Assembly: GCA_965262115.1 (NCBI GenBank)
Contig: OZ253496.1
Location: forward strand, 704,001 to 768,000
Direction of reading: 5' to 3'
Source: Nitrospinales bacterium
GTDB taxonomy: Bacteria > Nitrospinota > Nitrospinia > Nitrospinales > VA-1
DNA length: 64,000 bases
The notes under the pieces were generated by a model. That model was not told the origin of the DNA. It saw nothing but the letters and a program-made list of their open reading frames with translations, and did no database searches. Position numbers and translations under genes: made by a program. The stretch's first letter is position 1. Every line of letters begins with the position of its first letter. Shown piece by piece: positions 43,448 to 52,902 of the stretch.

Positions 43448-43525
43448 ACCAGAACTTCTAAAGACGAAACAACTTTTTGTTCGCCAACAAGAGCTATTAC
43501 TCACTGGCTCCACACCGCCACTAGC

Positions 43526-43591
43526 CGTGTACCCCTTGCGGGGCATGAAGGCCAATGAAGGGATATATCACAAGTCCAGCGTCACGCTGGG
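43526..43591 (+). repeat. Repeat family B copy followed by a CCAGCGTCACGCTGG hairpin
   Basis: TGTACCCCTTGCGGGGCATGAAGGCCAATGAAGGGATATATCAC. Confidence 0.6.
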
Positions 43592-43972
43592 CTAAATAGG
43601 CTGGCGTCCAGCAAACCCAGAATCGAGACCATGCCAGAAGCGGATCTCTTTTTCGGGCATTCTCCAGCAAAGATAAACTTCACGACCTTCACGGATAGAG
43701 GGGAAATCCACCAGGCCTTCGCGAATCCCCTTGATCTCACAACCAACCAATTCGATTTCTCGGATCAAATGGTTATATTTCAAAACCACATTCAGGTAAC
43801 CTGTCCCTTCCGCACTTCCGCCATTCCACTTGGCCTTTTCCCGTGCGTTGCGGATATCGGGGAAATCTCGATTCATTGAACCGGATAATTTTTGAATTTC
43901 AGGAACCCAGTCCAGCAGTTGCGGAACAAGGGCATTGGCTTCTTCCAACGTGAAAAGTTTTTTTGAAGTCAT
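43592..43972 (-). CDS. DUF2203 domain protein
   Basis: FTLEEANALVP, GLVDFP, VYLCW, WH and GFAGR motifs. Confidence 0.88.
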   Translation of the reverse strand: MTSKKLFTLEEANALVPQLLDWVPEIQKLSGSMNRDFPDIRNAREKAKWNGGSAEGTGYLNVVLKYNHLIREIELVGCEIKGIREGLVDFPSIREGREVYLCWRMPEKEIRFWHGLDSGFAGRQPI

Positions 43973-44257
43973 GAAAAAGTTTTTGGTTTGATTAGTTAGT
44001 CAGTCGTTGCGTCACTTTTTTCATTATACGAATTTGAAACCATTAATCCAGTTTTCCATTATGATCAAGAATACCCACCACAAACCCCGTATCCCAACAA
44101 AGCAAAACTAAAATCCGATAATTTCAAAGAACAAAAGAACAAAGGGCAGGAGCCTTTAAAAACCTTTGAATTCAATATATTATCAGCGAAAAAATCCCCA
44201 TTTTATAGCTGCCTCAAGAGCAGTTTGATCCTGTTTGCAAGAAGGGTCGGTTTTTTA

Positions 44258-44286
44258 TTGACAAACGGGCCGCAAGGTTATAGATT
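44258..44286 (+). promoter_or_regulatory. Sigma70-type promoter for the 44460 gene
   Basis: TTGACA-17 bp-TAGATT, followed by a TCCTACT/AGTAGGA palindrome at ~44301-44336. Confidence 0.55.
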
Positions 44287-44459
44287 CTGACATCTACTAA
44301 GGTTTTGTCCTACTATTAAGAGTAGGATAAAAACCATATTTATGGAATTTTCGGGATTTATTTATCCATTGGTTCTTTTGTAAGGGATCAGTTCATTTTG
44401 ATTGACCGTGTTGTTTAGTTTAAAGGTTTTATTTCCAATCATTAGTTGGGAGGCAAGTA

Positions 44460-44918
44460 ATGAAAAAGGCAATTTTTTTCGTAGCAGTGAGCGCATTTGT
44501 AGGGTTTATGGCAATGGGTTCCATTGCTGTAGCCGATGACGTAGTTCCCGGGGCTTACGGCCAGAGTGATGCCAGCGTTATGGGTGTTGGACAAACCATA
44601 ATGCAAATGGGATCCAGTGCCAGAACTCTGACCAATGCCGTTAACCTGGCTTCTGGAGCCGGTAGGTCAAGAGCTAATTCAAATACGGGAGCTTCCGGTG
44701 GTGACTACCAATTCGGCTCTTCTCAGTACGAGCAAAGCTGGAAAGCCGCTAAAACGGTTGAAGAAGCTGAAGTTCACGGATTGGTTGCAGGCGACTGCCA
44801 GGGCGAAAATTCTTACGATATGTATCGCAGGCAAATGAACCAGAATCGCAATGGTTACATGAAAGAGGTTCTGGTTTCTAACGCTCAATGTGGTGATTAT
44901 CACCCTACTTTACAATAA
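44460..44918 (+). CDS. Secreted hypothetical protein (paralog 1)
   Basis: RBS GGAGG, signal peptide, two Cys, own terminator; clear paralog at 45768. Confidence 0.85.
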   Translation: MKKAIFFVAVSAFVGFMAMGSIAVADDVVPGAYGQSDASVMGVGQTIMQMGSSARTLTNAVNLASGAGRSRANSNTGASGGDYQFGSSQYEQSWKAAKTVEEAEVHGLVAGDCQGENSYDMYRRQMNQNRNGYMKEVLVSNAQCGDYHPTLQ

Positions 44919-44962
44919 TCGCCAAGTCTCAAGATTAGTTAAACCCCCTTTAAGGGATGAAG

Positions 44963-44997
44963 AGCCGGTAAGGCAAATGCCTTACCGGCTTTTTTTT
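44963..44997 (+). terminator. Intrinsic terminator
   Basis: AGCCGGTAAGGCA-aa-TGCCTTACCGGCT followed by a T-run. Confidence 0.85.
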
Positions 44998-45054
44998 GCA
45001 TTTTAACTGCTGGTTCGACTAGAATTCGGGGTCACTACCATTCCGGCCCCTCCT

Positions 45055-45507
45055 ATGCCCAATAAAAGTAGACCCCTCCCTCTAAAACTAACCCTCATCA
45101 TCATTTGTTTGTTGCCCGCTTTACTCAACATATTCCCGTCCAGCTTATCAGCCTTTGAAAGGGTTTCTCTTAAAACCCACTCCGAGACCGGGATCGTCGT
45201 TTCCAATCCCATGGAAATCGCAAAGCTCCCAGACAGGAAAACCTATCAGGTCAACCACGAGGCATTTACCCTGCAGTTTTTTTTCAACGAAAAGGACATA
45301 TTCGGCATTATCCTTAAACGAGACAAGAAGCTTCCCATCCATTTCCGCTGGTGCTTGTTCAGAACCTGCGAGGAAAGCCAGCATGATTATAAAAAAATGA
45401 TCGCTGAGGCCTTCAACCCTCCTTTCGAGCAAGGCTTCTTCTCAATTCCCTACCCTTTCTATCTGCCTTATGGCTTTCAGGGAATAGAATTCTCCTCCCC
45501 GGACTAA
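45055..45507 (+). CDS. Hypothetical exported protein
   Basis: 150-aa ORF with hydrophobic N-terminus filling the gap between the paralogs. Confidence 0.6.
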   Translation: MPNKSRPLPLKLTLIIICLLPALLNIFPSSLSAFERVSLKTHSETGIVVSNPMEIAKLPDRKTYQVNHEAFTLQFFFNEKDIFGIILKRDKKLPIHFRWCLFRTCEESQHDYKKMIAEAFNPPFEQGFFSIPYPFYLPYGFQGIEFSSPD

Positions 45508-45767
45508 CCAGCAAAACCAAATATTCGGGTTTTAGACTATAGTTCTAGTAATCAACTTCACCAACATCAAAACACTAACTTCCTGCAAGTATTTTCGCCT
45601 TCAAAAGTTATTGCGCTTTTTTAAAAAAGAGACACCAGAAATATAACCAAATATATACAAGACTAATACCTACACAAAAAACAGGATTTACCTGATACCC
45701 TGACAAAAAACAAATCGTTAATATTAGGAAGTTTTTATTCCAATTTCATCCTGTAGGGGAGGAAGTA

Positions 45768-46339
45768 ATGAAGAAAGCAATTTTGTTCGTAGCAGTATGC
45801 GCATTTGTTGGGTTCACAGCATTGAGTGCCAGTGCCGATGACGTGGTTCCTGGTGCTTGCTATCAGGGACAAGTAGATGCCAGAGCGTAATGGGTGTTGG
45901 ACAGACCATGATGCAAATGGGTGCCCATGACAGAATCTTGACCAACGCGGTCAACCTGTCCTCTGGTGCAGGATCCTCCCGGTCCGATACCACTGGTGTG
46001 AACCAGGATCATCAGTTCGGCTCTTCCCAGAGCGAGCAATCCTGGAAGCAATGGAAATCCGTAGAAGATGCGGGTGTTGTTGTTGGCTTGGTACCCGGTG
46101 ACTGCCTTGGTGACAACTCTGATGACAGCTATCGCAAGCAAATGAACCAGAACCGCAATGGTTTCATGGCGGAAAATCTGGTTTCTCAAGCTGGTTGCGA
46201 AGTAGACCATGAACCAGTCCGTCAAGTAAAGAGCAGAAAAGTTTCAAAACTCACCCGAGGTAAAAAACCGATAGAACAAGTTCTATCGGTTTTTTTTATT
46301 CTTACGCCCGCCCCTCAAAAGAAGGAGAGCTTTGCATAA
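45768..46339 (+). pseudogene. Frameshifted paralog 2 of the 44460 secreted protein
   Basis: MKKAILFVAV start at 45768. An extra AG at ~45882 (GATGCCAGAGCGTAATG versus GATGCCAGCGTTATG) gives TAA at 45888. The downstream frame matches paralog 1 but reads through the terminator. Confidence 0.8.
46262..46297 (+). terminator. Intrinsic terminator
   Basis: AAAAAACCGATAGAAC-aa-GTTCTATCGGTTTTTT. Confidence 0.8.
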
Positions 46340-46454
46340 CCCCGGATCCTTCGTCGCCTTCGGCTCCTCAAGGATGACAAATCGGCGTTTTTTGTCATTC
46401 TGAACGCAGTGAAGAATCTCGTCTTTCTCCTTTTTTGACTTACGCAAAGGTCTC
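46325..46454. mobile_element. MITE-like element, copy 2 (130 bp)
   Basis: Ends GAGAGCTTTGCATAAC and GACTTACGCAAAGGTCTC; internal GATGACA/TGTCATTCTGA REP-like pair. Confidence 0.65.
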
Positions 46455-46534
46455 CAAAAGAAGCCAGCTCTCTGCCCAAACAGAATTCTGTTATAATGAT
46501 TCTTCAACGATCATAAACTTTCACGAGGTTCACC

Positions 46535-46945
46535 ATGTCTAGATTCATCGACAATGGAAACGATACCATCACAGATAGCCAAACCGGCCTGACCTGGTTT
46601 AAAAAAGACTCGCGGCAGATGATAGGCAAATGGATTCATCTGGAAAAAGCCATGAAATTTGCCGAAGAAAAAAATGCGGAAAACTTTGGTGGTTTTAACG
46701 ACTGGAGGGTTCCAAAACTGGAAGATATTAAAACTATTTTTAACAAAAGTTTCAACCAGCGGGATTTTGGAAATAATGAAATTCATATCCCCGCAGAGTT
46801 CGATCCCAAAGGCGCGGATTGCACCTGGACCGACACCGTCAATGGTGATCGTGCCATGATGTTCAGCCTGGTCAAAGGCCGTTCCAGTTGGATCAATAAA
46901 TTTGGGGAAGGCCCCTTTGCCGTCCGGCTGGTACGCGGTTCCTGA
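46535..46945 (+). CDS. DUF1566 domain protein
   Basis: RFIDNGNDTITD.QTGLTW, DWRVP and VRLVR motifs. Confidence 0.82.
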   Translation: MSRFIDNGNDTITDSQTGLTWFKKDSRQMIGKWIHLEKAMKFAEEKNAENFGGFNDWRVPKLEDIKTIFNKSFNQRDFGNNEIHIPAEFDPKGADCTWTDTVNGDRAMMFSLVKGRSSWINKFGEGPFAVRLVRGS

Positions 46946-46946
46946 T

Positions 46947-47312
46947 CTATCCTTTAGAACTGGTAAAGGTGCTGGCGAAAAGCCAGACCGCCGTGATTAC
47001 CAAAAGCACGGAAAATATACGTTTGTAATTCTGATCGGAAAGGTGTTGCAACAAGTGTGGCCCGATTTGCGCGCCGATAACGCCGCCTAAAGCCATAACC
47101 AGTCCTGTTTTAATGTCGATATTTCCTAACCTGTAATGCGCTAGAACAGAAGATATCGCCACCATTAAAATAAAAACAAAGGATGTGCCTACCGCCAGTT
47201 TAGCTTCCTGGCCCAGAAAAATCAGCAGAGGAACCACCAGAAACCCCCCGCCCAGTCCGGACCCCGAAGAAAGAATACCTGCGATGATTCCCACCAACGC
47301 CAATGTGATCAA
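46947..47312 (-). CDS. Half-size TSUP/TauE sulfite-exporter-family protein
   Basis: GLGGGFLVVP, AVGTS and GGVIGAQIG motifs; TTG start after GGAGG overlapping the upstream stop. Confidence 0.78.
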   Translation of the reverse strand: MITLALVGIIAGILSSGSGLGGGFLVVPLLIFLGQEAKLAVGTSFVFILMVAISSVLAHYRLGNIDIKTGLVMALGGVIGAQIGPHLLQHLSDQNYKRIFSVLLVITAVWLFASTFTSSKG

Positions 47313-48541
47313 GTCTTTCCTCCTCTCTCTACCCACTTTTCTTCCAAAGTGTCTACCACGCCGGCACCAATAGAGTCGCCCCAAACATTAATAGTGGTCC
47401 TGCATCGGTCCAGAAACCAGTCCACCGAAAGAAGCATGCCGATTCCCTCAAGGGGAAGCCCTACAGACTGAAGCACCATCACCATGGTGACCAATCCCGC
47501 TTCCGGAATTCCCGCCGCTCCAATAGCAGCCAGTGTTGCCGTAAGAAATACGATCATCTGCTCTCCCAGTCCAAGTTGAATCCCCAACATTTGTGCTATG
47601 AACAAAGCAGCAACCGATTCATAAAGAGCCGTGCCATCCATATTCACCGTAGCACCCAACGGCAGGATAAAAAGACAGGATTTCCGGGAGACCTTGTTGT
47701 TTTTCTCGGCGCACTCGATGGTGACCGGCAAGGTGGCGGAACTGCTGGCTGTTGAAAAAGCCGCGGTGAGTGCTGCCACCACATTTTCAAAATAAGCGAT
47801 AGGATTCCGCCGGGTTACCATATAGAGAATAATCGGCAAGACCACAAGCCCGTGAATCAAAAGCGCGGAGATAACGGTTATGACATATTTCCCGATTTTT
47901 GCCAACTCTGCCAGAAACAGATCCCCACCTCCAGCAGCGCCCAGTTTGGACGCGATCAACGCGAAAACCCCTAGCGGGGCAAACCACATCAGCAGATGGA
48001 CGATCTTCATAATCGAAGAGTTGACCGTATCAAAAAAATCGATCACCCGTTTGCCCGGTTCTCCCAGCGTGGTTAAAACCCCACCAAACACCAGCGAAAA
48101 TACGATGAGGGGAAGAATTTCCATATTTGCCATGGATTGCACCAGGTTCGGCGAGACAAAAGTTTTAAGAATATCGGTGATACCAACGGCCTCTTTTCCT
48201 GCCACTTTTTCCGGGACATGTTCCACAGTCATCTCAACCGCGACCCCAGGTTCGATAATATTGACCATCACCAATCCGATCACTACGGCAATGCAAGTGG
48301 TCATCATAAAATAGCCCAACGCGATAAGACCGGTTTTTCCTACTTTCCTGATATCCCCCAAGCCCGCAATGCCAACGATCATCGAAGAAATGATTAACGG
48401 TACCACCAGCATTTTCAGGGCATCCAGAAACATCTCGCCAATCCATTCCACCGCCAGCATCGTGGTTCCGTACATCCATCCAGAAAAAATTCCCAGAACG
48501 ATACCGGCAATCATCAGATATAAAAGTCCGTTACGTTTCAT
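47309..48541 (-). CDS. Dicarboxylate/amino acid:cation symporter (DAACS)
   Basis: AFSTASSSATLP, GATVNMDGT and DWFLDRCRT motifs. Confidence 0.92.
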   Translation of the reverse strand: MKRNGLLYLMIAGIVLGIFSGWMYGTTMLAVEWIGEMFLDALKMLVVPLIISSMIVGIAGLGDIRKVGKTGLIALGYFMMTTCIAVVIGLVMVNIIEPGVAVEMTVEHVPEKVAGKEAVGITDILKTFVSPNLVQSMANMEILPLIVFSLVFGGVLTTLGEPGKRVIDFFDTVNSSIMKIVHLLMWFAPLGVFALIASKLGAAGGGDLFLAELAKIGKYVITVISALLIHGLVVLPIILYMVTRRNPIAYFENVVAALTAAFSTASSSATLPVTIECAEKNNKVSRKSCLFILPLGATVNMDGTALYESVAALFIAQMLGIQLGLGEQMIVFLTATLAAIGAAGIPEAGLVTMVMVLQSVGLPLEGIGMLLSVDWFLDRCRTTINVWGDSIGAGVVDTLEEKWVERGGKT

Positions 48542-48671
48542 TTCGAATCCCCTTAAAAAAAATAAAAATTCTGCCAAACCCCGACAAACAGGGCTTATAA
48601 TACCAGCGTGGCAGTGTCTTTGCAATTCATAACCTATAAGCTCCTGAACCCGATCTAAGTGGAGAAAAACC

Positions 48672-49964
48672 ATGGCGGAAACTGTCAAACTCACCTATGA
48701 AGGGAAAACTTATGAGTTCCCGGTTCTGGAGGGAACTTGCGGAGAAAAAGCCATAGATATTTCCACTCTGAGGAGTACTACAGGGCTGATCACTTTTGAT
48801 CCTGGGTTTATAAGTACCGGCTCCTGCCAGAGCCAGATTACCTATCTCGATGGTGAGAAAGGGGTTCTGCTATACAGGGGCTATCCCATCGAACAGCTCG
48901 CCGAGAAAAGTTCTTTTATCGAAACCGCTTGTCTTCTCATATACGGTGATCTCCCAACCCGCGAGCAACTTGACTACTTCCAATACCACCTGGTACACCA
49001 TTCCATGGTTCATGAATCTATTAAGAATCTGTACGATGGATTTCCCAACAACCCACATCCGATGGCAGTGTGCAGCGCGGTCGTTGGTTCCCTGGCAACG
49101 TTTTACCAAAATGAACTGAACGTAAGAAACGAACGGGAGGTGGAAATCGCCATACACAGACTGATGGCAAAACTTCCTACCATTGCGGCGTACAGTTATA
49201 AAAAATCCATTGGTCAGCCCTTTCAATATCCTGATAATACTCTGAGTTATTCCGCAAACTTTCTGAAAATGATGTTTTCCCTTCCTTGCGAACCCTATGA
49301 AATTGATGAAGACGCTGCAAAAGTTCTGGATGTTTTATTGATTCTGCACGCCGATCATGAGCAAAATTGCTCCACCAGCACCATCCGCCTGGTCGGAAGT
49401 TCGATGTGCAACCTATTTGCATCCGTGTCTTCTGCTATTTATGCCTTGTGGGGGCCCCTTCACGGTGGTGCCAACCAGGCCGTTATTGAAATGCTGCAAA
49501 GCATCCATGATGATGGTGGAGATGTCAACAAGCACGTGCAAAAGGCCAAAGACCCCAACGATTCTTTTCGGTTGATGGGGTTCGGGCACCGGGTTTATAA
49601 AAACTTTGACCCTCGTAGTCGAATAATCAAAAAACTGGCCGATAAAATTTTCAGCAAACAGGGAACTAATGAGCCGCTTCTTGAAATTGCATTAAAACTG
49701 GAAGAGATCGCCATCAAGGACGATTACTTTATCGAGAAAAAACTATACCCAAATGTTGATTTTTATTCAGGCTTGATTTATAGAGCCCTGAACATTCCCC
49801 TCAATATGTTTCCGGTGATGTTCGCGATCGGACGCTTACCAGGTTGGATTGCACAATGGAAAGAGCTTCATGAAGACAAACAGTTCAGGATTGGCCGTCC
49901 GCGACAGGTGTATACAGGTTCCGTTGAAAGGGATTATGTTCCCATGGGAAAAAGGGAAGGATAA
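48672..49964 (+). CDS. gltA: Citrate synthase
   Basis: LHADHEQNCST, GPLHGGAN, LMGFGHRVYK and PNVDFYSG motifs. Confidence 0.96.
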   Translation: MAETVKLTYEGKTYEFPVLEGTCGEKAIDISTLRSTTGLITFDPGFISTGSCQSQITYLDGEKGVLLYRGYPIEQLAEKSSFIETACLLIYGDLPTREQLDYFQYHLVHHSMVHESIKNLYDGFPNNPHPMAVCSAVVGSLATFYQNELNVRNEREVEIAIHRLMAKLPTIAAYSYKKSIGQPFQYPDNTLSYSANFLKMMFSLPCEPYEIDEDAAKVLDVLLILHADHEQNCSTSTIRLVGSSMCNLFASVSSAIYALWGPLHGGANQAVIEMLQSIHDDGGDVNKHVQKAKDPNDSFRLMGFGHRVYKNFDPRSRIIKKLADKIFSKQGTNEPLLEIALKLEEIAIKDDYFIEKKLYPNVDFYSGLIYRALNIPLNMFPVMFAIGRLPGWIAQWKELHEDKQFRIGRPRQVYTGSVERDYVPMGKREG

Positions 49965-49980
49965 AACAAAGACGCCTTGA

Positions 49981-50301
49981 TCAGGCAGGTTCAATGGTGC
50001 AGGTGAAAGGAAATTCTTCCATCGCAGCTACGGTGTGCACTTGCTCCACTTTAAATTCAGCCTGCTCTAGAGGCAAGGTGGCAACATGACCGGCGCCTTG
50101 AAGATGAATTTCATACATCAATTTTTCTGCGGCCGAATAATCTTTGCTGAATAATTTGACTAGGACCCGAATGACGAATTCCATGGTCGTGACATTATCG
50201 TCCCACATTATGATCTTATATAATGGGAGATAGGCCTGACGGGTTTCCCCTTCAGATTCCTCGGTAACTCCGGGCGACAAAGGTAATGTTTCTACTGGCA
50301 T
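49981..50301 (-). CDS. clpS: Clp protease adaptor ClpS
   Basis: YKIIMWDDNVTTMEFV, IH..G and FPFTCTIEP motifs. Confidence 0.88.
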   Translation of the reverse strand: MPVETLPLSPGVTEESEGETRQAYLPLYKIIMWDDNVTTMEFVIRVLVKLFSKDYSAAEKLMYEIHLQGAGHVATLPLEQAEFKVEQVHTVAAMEEFPFTCTIEPA

Positions 50302-50408
50302 AATAATGAAATCGCCCCAAAAGGGCTAGTGGTTTGAAAAACTAGTTATTACAATATTAAAATAATATCTAAAAAAAAACAACTTTTTCATTTTTTCGTC
50401 ATAAATCT

Positions 50409-51293
50409 ATGAGTTTCAAGCGCCTACAGTTTCAGCCTCTTCTGATGGTTTCCATTGTCGGCCTGATATTCCTTTCCCTCACCGTCCACGCCCTGGAAAT
50501 AAAATTAGCAGAACCGACAACGCTGGGCGAATACAATAACTTCCTCCCAACAGGAAAAATAACCCGATTTTCAGGAGAAACCCTGTATTACGATATCAGT
50601 TTCCTGTGGTTTGATAACGCCGACTCGGCAAAAGTGAGCTTTTTTGAGGAGCATGGGAAGTATTTTTCAGTTCTGGAAGCCAGCACCAAAGGCTTCGTCG
50701 GTTTTTTCACGGCGTACCGCAAACACTTTTATAAGACGGAATTCGAAATCATTGATAACGGCAAAAAACTCCGACCCAAAACCTTCCTGCGGAAGGTAAC
50801 GATTGCAAGCAATTCGGAAATCACCCAGCACAAATTCGATTATTCCCGTCGATTGCATACTTGGGATAAACTTGTGAATGAGGAAGTAGTCGAAACCGGG
50901 CAAGGGGAAATTCCTGCTGACGGTGCTTTCAATGACATTCTCACCTCTTTCTACAATGTACGAAACAGAGTTTACGGAAAACTGGAGAAAGGAAAAAAAT
51001 TTATCATCCGAACCATCCCGGAAAAGGGACATGATGAAATTTTCGTTCACATCCGGTCAGAGAAGGATCAGGAACGCTTCAGAGTCGAAGAGGGACGGGG
51101 AAAAAGAGACGAGACACTGCTCAACATTATTGTGCCAAAAGAAATTTTCAAAACCGAAACCGGAGAATTGATGGTCTGGTCCTCCAAACACTATATTCCG
51201 GTTGAAACCACCGTCAAAGATTATATTTTGCTGGGCGACCTGCACATCCGCTTCACCCACAGGGAAATGGGTCAACTAGCTTCAGAGGGGTAA
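50409..51293 (+). CDS. Exported DUF3108-like protein
   Basis: Signal peptide; GETLYYDISFL, DILTSFY and VWSS..YIPV patterns. Confidence 0.6.
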   Translation: MSFKRLQFQPLLMVSIVGLIFLSLTVHALEIKLAEPTTLGEYNNFLPTGKITRFSGETLYYDISFLWFDNADSAKVSFFEEHGKYFSVLEASTKGFVGFFTAYRKHFYKTEFEIIDNGKKLRPKTFLRKVTIASNSEITQHKFDYSRRLHTWDKLVNEEVVETGQGEIPADGAFNDILTSFYNVRNRVYGKLEKGKKFIIRTIPEKGHDEIFVHIRSEKDQERFRVEEGRGKRDETLLNIIVPKEIFKTETGELMVWSSKHYIPVETTVKDYILLGDLHIRFTHREMGQLASEG

Positions 51294-51300
51294 CACGAAA

Positions 51301-51340
51301 TACTCGTACCGGGCATGAAGAACAATGAAGAGGCATCACA
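51301..51340 (+). repeat. Repeat family B variant
   Basis: TACTCGTACCGGGCATGAAGAACAATGAAGAGGCATCAC matches 33658-33696. Confidence 0.55.
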
Positions 51341-51387
51341 GCTACGGGAAATTATAACAGCTACTGGCCGCCCCACGCCCAGTGATT

Positions 51388-51732
51388 TTAAACATCAAAA
51401 GCCAGAACAGGCGGATCCTGCCAAATATTCACTTCTGTCGCCTCATCCAAAGTGACCGCGCCAAACTGAATCGTGTAAGGTTTCTCATTTTCACAATCAT
51501 ACTCGATGGTAATTTTTTCAATCTCCCACTTTCCGGACCCCGGCCCGACTAGAGTTAAACTGTGGGCAAAACTATTCACCTCAAAGTTCCCCTCAAAAAA
51601 ATTTCCGGACTCTGCCGACCCCACAACATTTTCAAATGGCAGTTTATGATTATTGAAATTGAAATGGACAGGTTCAGACATCCCCTGCTGACCGGTTTGC
51701 ACTTTGACTTTAAACGTGTTGACTTTCGGCAT
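51388..51732 (-). CDS. Hypothetical protein, possibly PLAT/LH2-like beta-sandwich
   Basis: FKVKVQTG...WEIEKITI pattern; directly follows the nfu-like gene. Confidence 0.6.
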   Translation of the reverse strand: MPKVNTFKVKVQTGQQGMSEPVHFNFNNHKLPFENVVGSAESGNFFEGNFEVNSFAHSLTLVGPGSGKWEIEKITIEYDCENEKPYTIQFGAVTLDEATEVNIWQDPPVLAFDV

Positions 51733-51740
51733 GCTTCACC

Positions 51741-52559
51741 TCAGGAAAAAAACGGATTTAAACCCGCTGTGTGGTCGGTTTCATCAAAGATCGCGCCCAC
51801 CTTGGGTACGGCCTTCCTGAACGAAGTATGAATTCCCTGCTTGAGGGTCAAATCGGCGGCACTGCACCCTTGGCACCCGCCCCCCATTTGTATGGTGACC
51901 GAATTTCCTCTAACGGTCATCAGCGTGATGTTACCGCCATGCCCGGCTACTCCCGGGTTCACCTCGTCATCAATCACTTTTTGAATGCCTTCGCGAATTT
52001 CATCCTCTGATGGGAGATCTGCAATGATTTTTTCAGCGATAAGGCCTTCACCCCCCTCTAACGCCCCTCGAATCGCCGCACCAACTTCCTTAGCCAGAGG
52101 AACCCAGTCAACCAAGGTTTTATCTTTGCGGGTGACTGTTACGGTGTATTCACACACCAGCACGGTTTCGACATCTTCCAGGCAAAAAAGGCCTTCTGCA
52201 AGGGGCGACCCCTCAGCACTTTCAAAATCTAAAAAAAACCAGGAGTTCCCGCTCATCAAGGGACGGTTAGCTGTGAAAAGACATTGATCCCCCGTTGGCG
52301 AAGGTTGCGCCTTGATTAAAACTGCATCGGAATTTTCAGGAAAAATACTTTCCGAAATAGCCGGGATCTGGAGAACATTGCGAACATCAGGAAAACTCGG
52401 CGCAGGCTCCGGTTCTGGAACTTCTTCCACCACTGGACTGTTCTCAACTTCTGCAGTCACTGGACTGTTCTCAGCTTCTTCAGCTACTGAACTGTCCACC
52501 GTCACCGGTGTATCGGCTTCCTGTTTTAGTCCCGTAAATAAACGCTTTATAAAGTTCAA
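51741..52559 (-). CDS. Nfu/NifU-family Fe-S carrier (Nfu_N plus NifU_C domains)
   Basis: VNPGVAGHGG and MGGGCQGC motifs; TTG start after AGGAG. Confidence 0.85.
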   Translation of the reverse strand: MNFIKRLFTGLKQEADTPVTVDSSVAEEAENSPVTAEVENSPVVEEVPEPEPAPSFPDVRNVLQIPAISESIFPENSDAVLIKAQPSPTGDQCLFTANRPLMSGNSWFFLDFESAEGSPLAEGLFCLEDVETVLVCEYTVTVTRKDKTLVDWVPLAKEVGAAIRGALEGGEGLIAEKIIADLPSEDEIREGIQKVIDDEVNPGVAGHGGNITLMTVRGNSVTIQMGGGCQGCSAADLTLKQGIHTSFRKAVPKVGAIFDETDHTAGLNPFFS

Positions 52560-52579
52560 TGGATTATCTCCTATCCAAG

Positions 52580-52722
52580 TCGGTTGTCTTTCGGTTGTCT
52601 TTCGGTTGTCTTTCGGTTGTCTTTCGGTTGTCTTTCGGTTGTCTTTCGGTTGTCTTTCGGTTGTCTTTCGGTTGTCTTTCGGTTGTCTTTCGGTTGTCTT
52701 TCGGTTGTCTTTCGGTTGTCTT
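52580..52722. repeat. Perfect tandem repeat, 13 x TCGGTTGTCTT
   Basis: 143 bp = 13 identical 11-mers. Confidence 0.97.
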
Positions 52723-52902
52723 ACTGATACAACAATAATGCTCTATTCTTCATATAGATGCTAGAATTACCAAAAAGTAGCAGATTCTACGGCGAATTTT
52801 TCTCTGAAGTTGCGAGCCCGCCCTTTAACCTTGTTTCCTCTATGTATTTGGCCCCAGAAAAATGTCTTTCCCGCAGTTTTTCTGACATCCCGGTGTAAAC
52901 GG

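Noticed and set aside
52580..52722. Possible CRISPR array or iteron origin
   Set aside because: No spacers between units and no cas or rep gene adjacent.
52312..52764. 150-aa ORF with repeated LSVVFRLSFGC
   Set aside because: Artefact of the 11-bp tandem repeat, antisense to the nfu-like gene.
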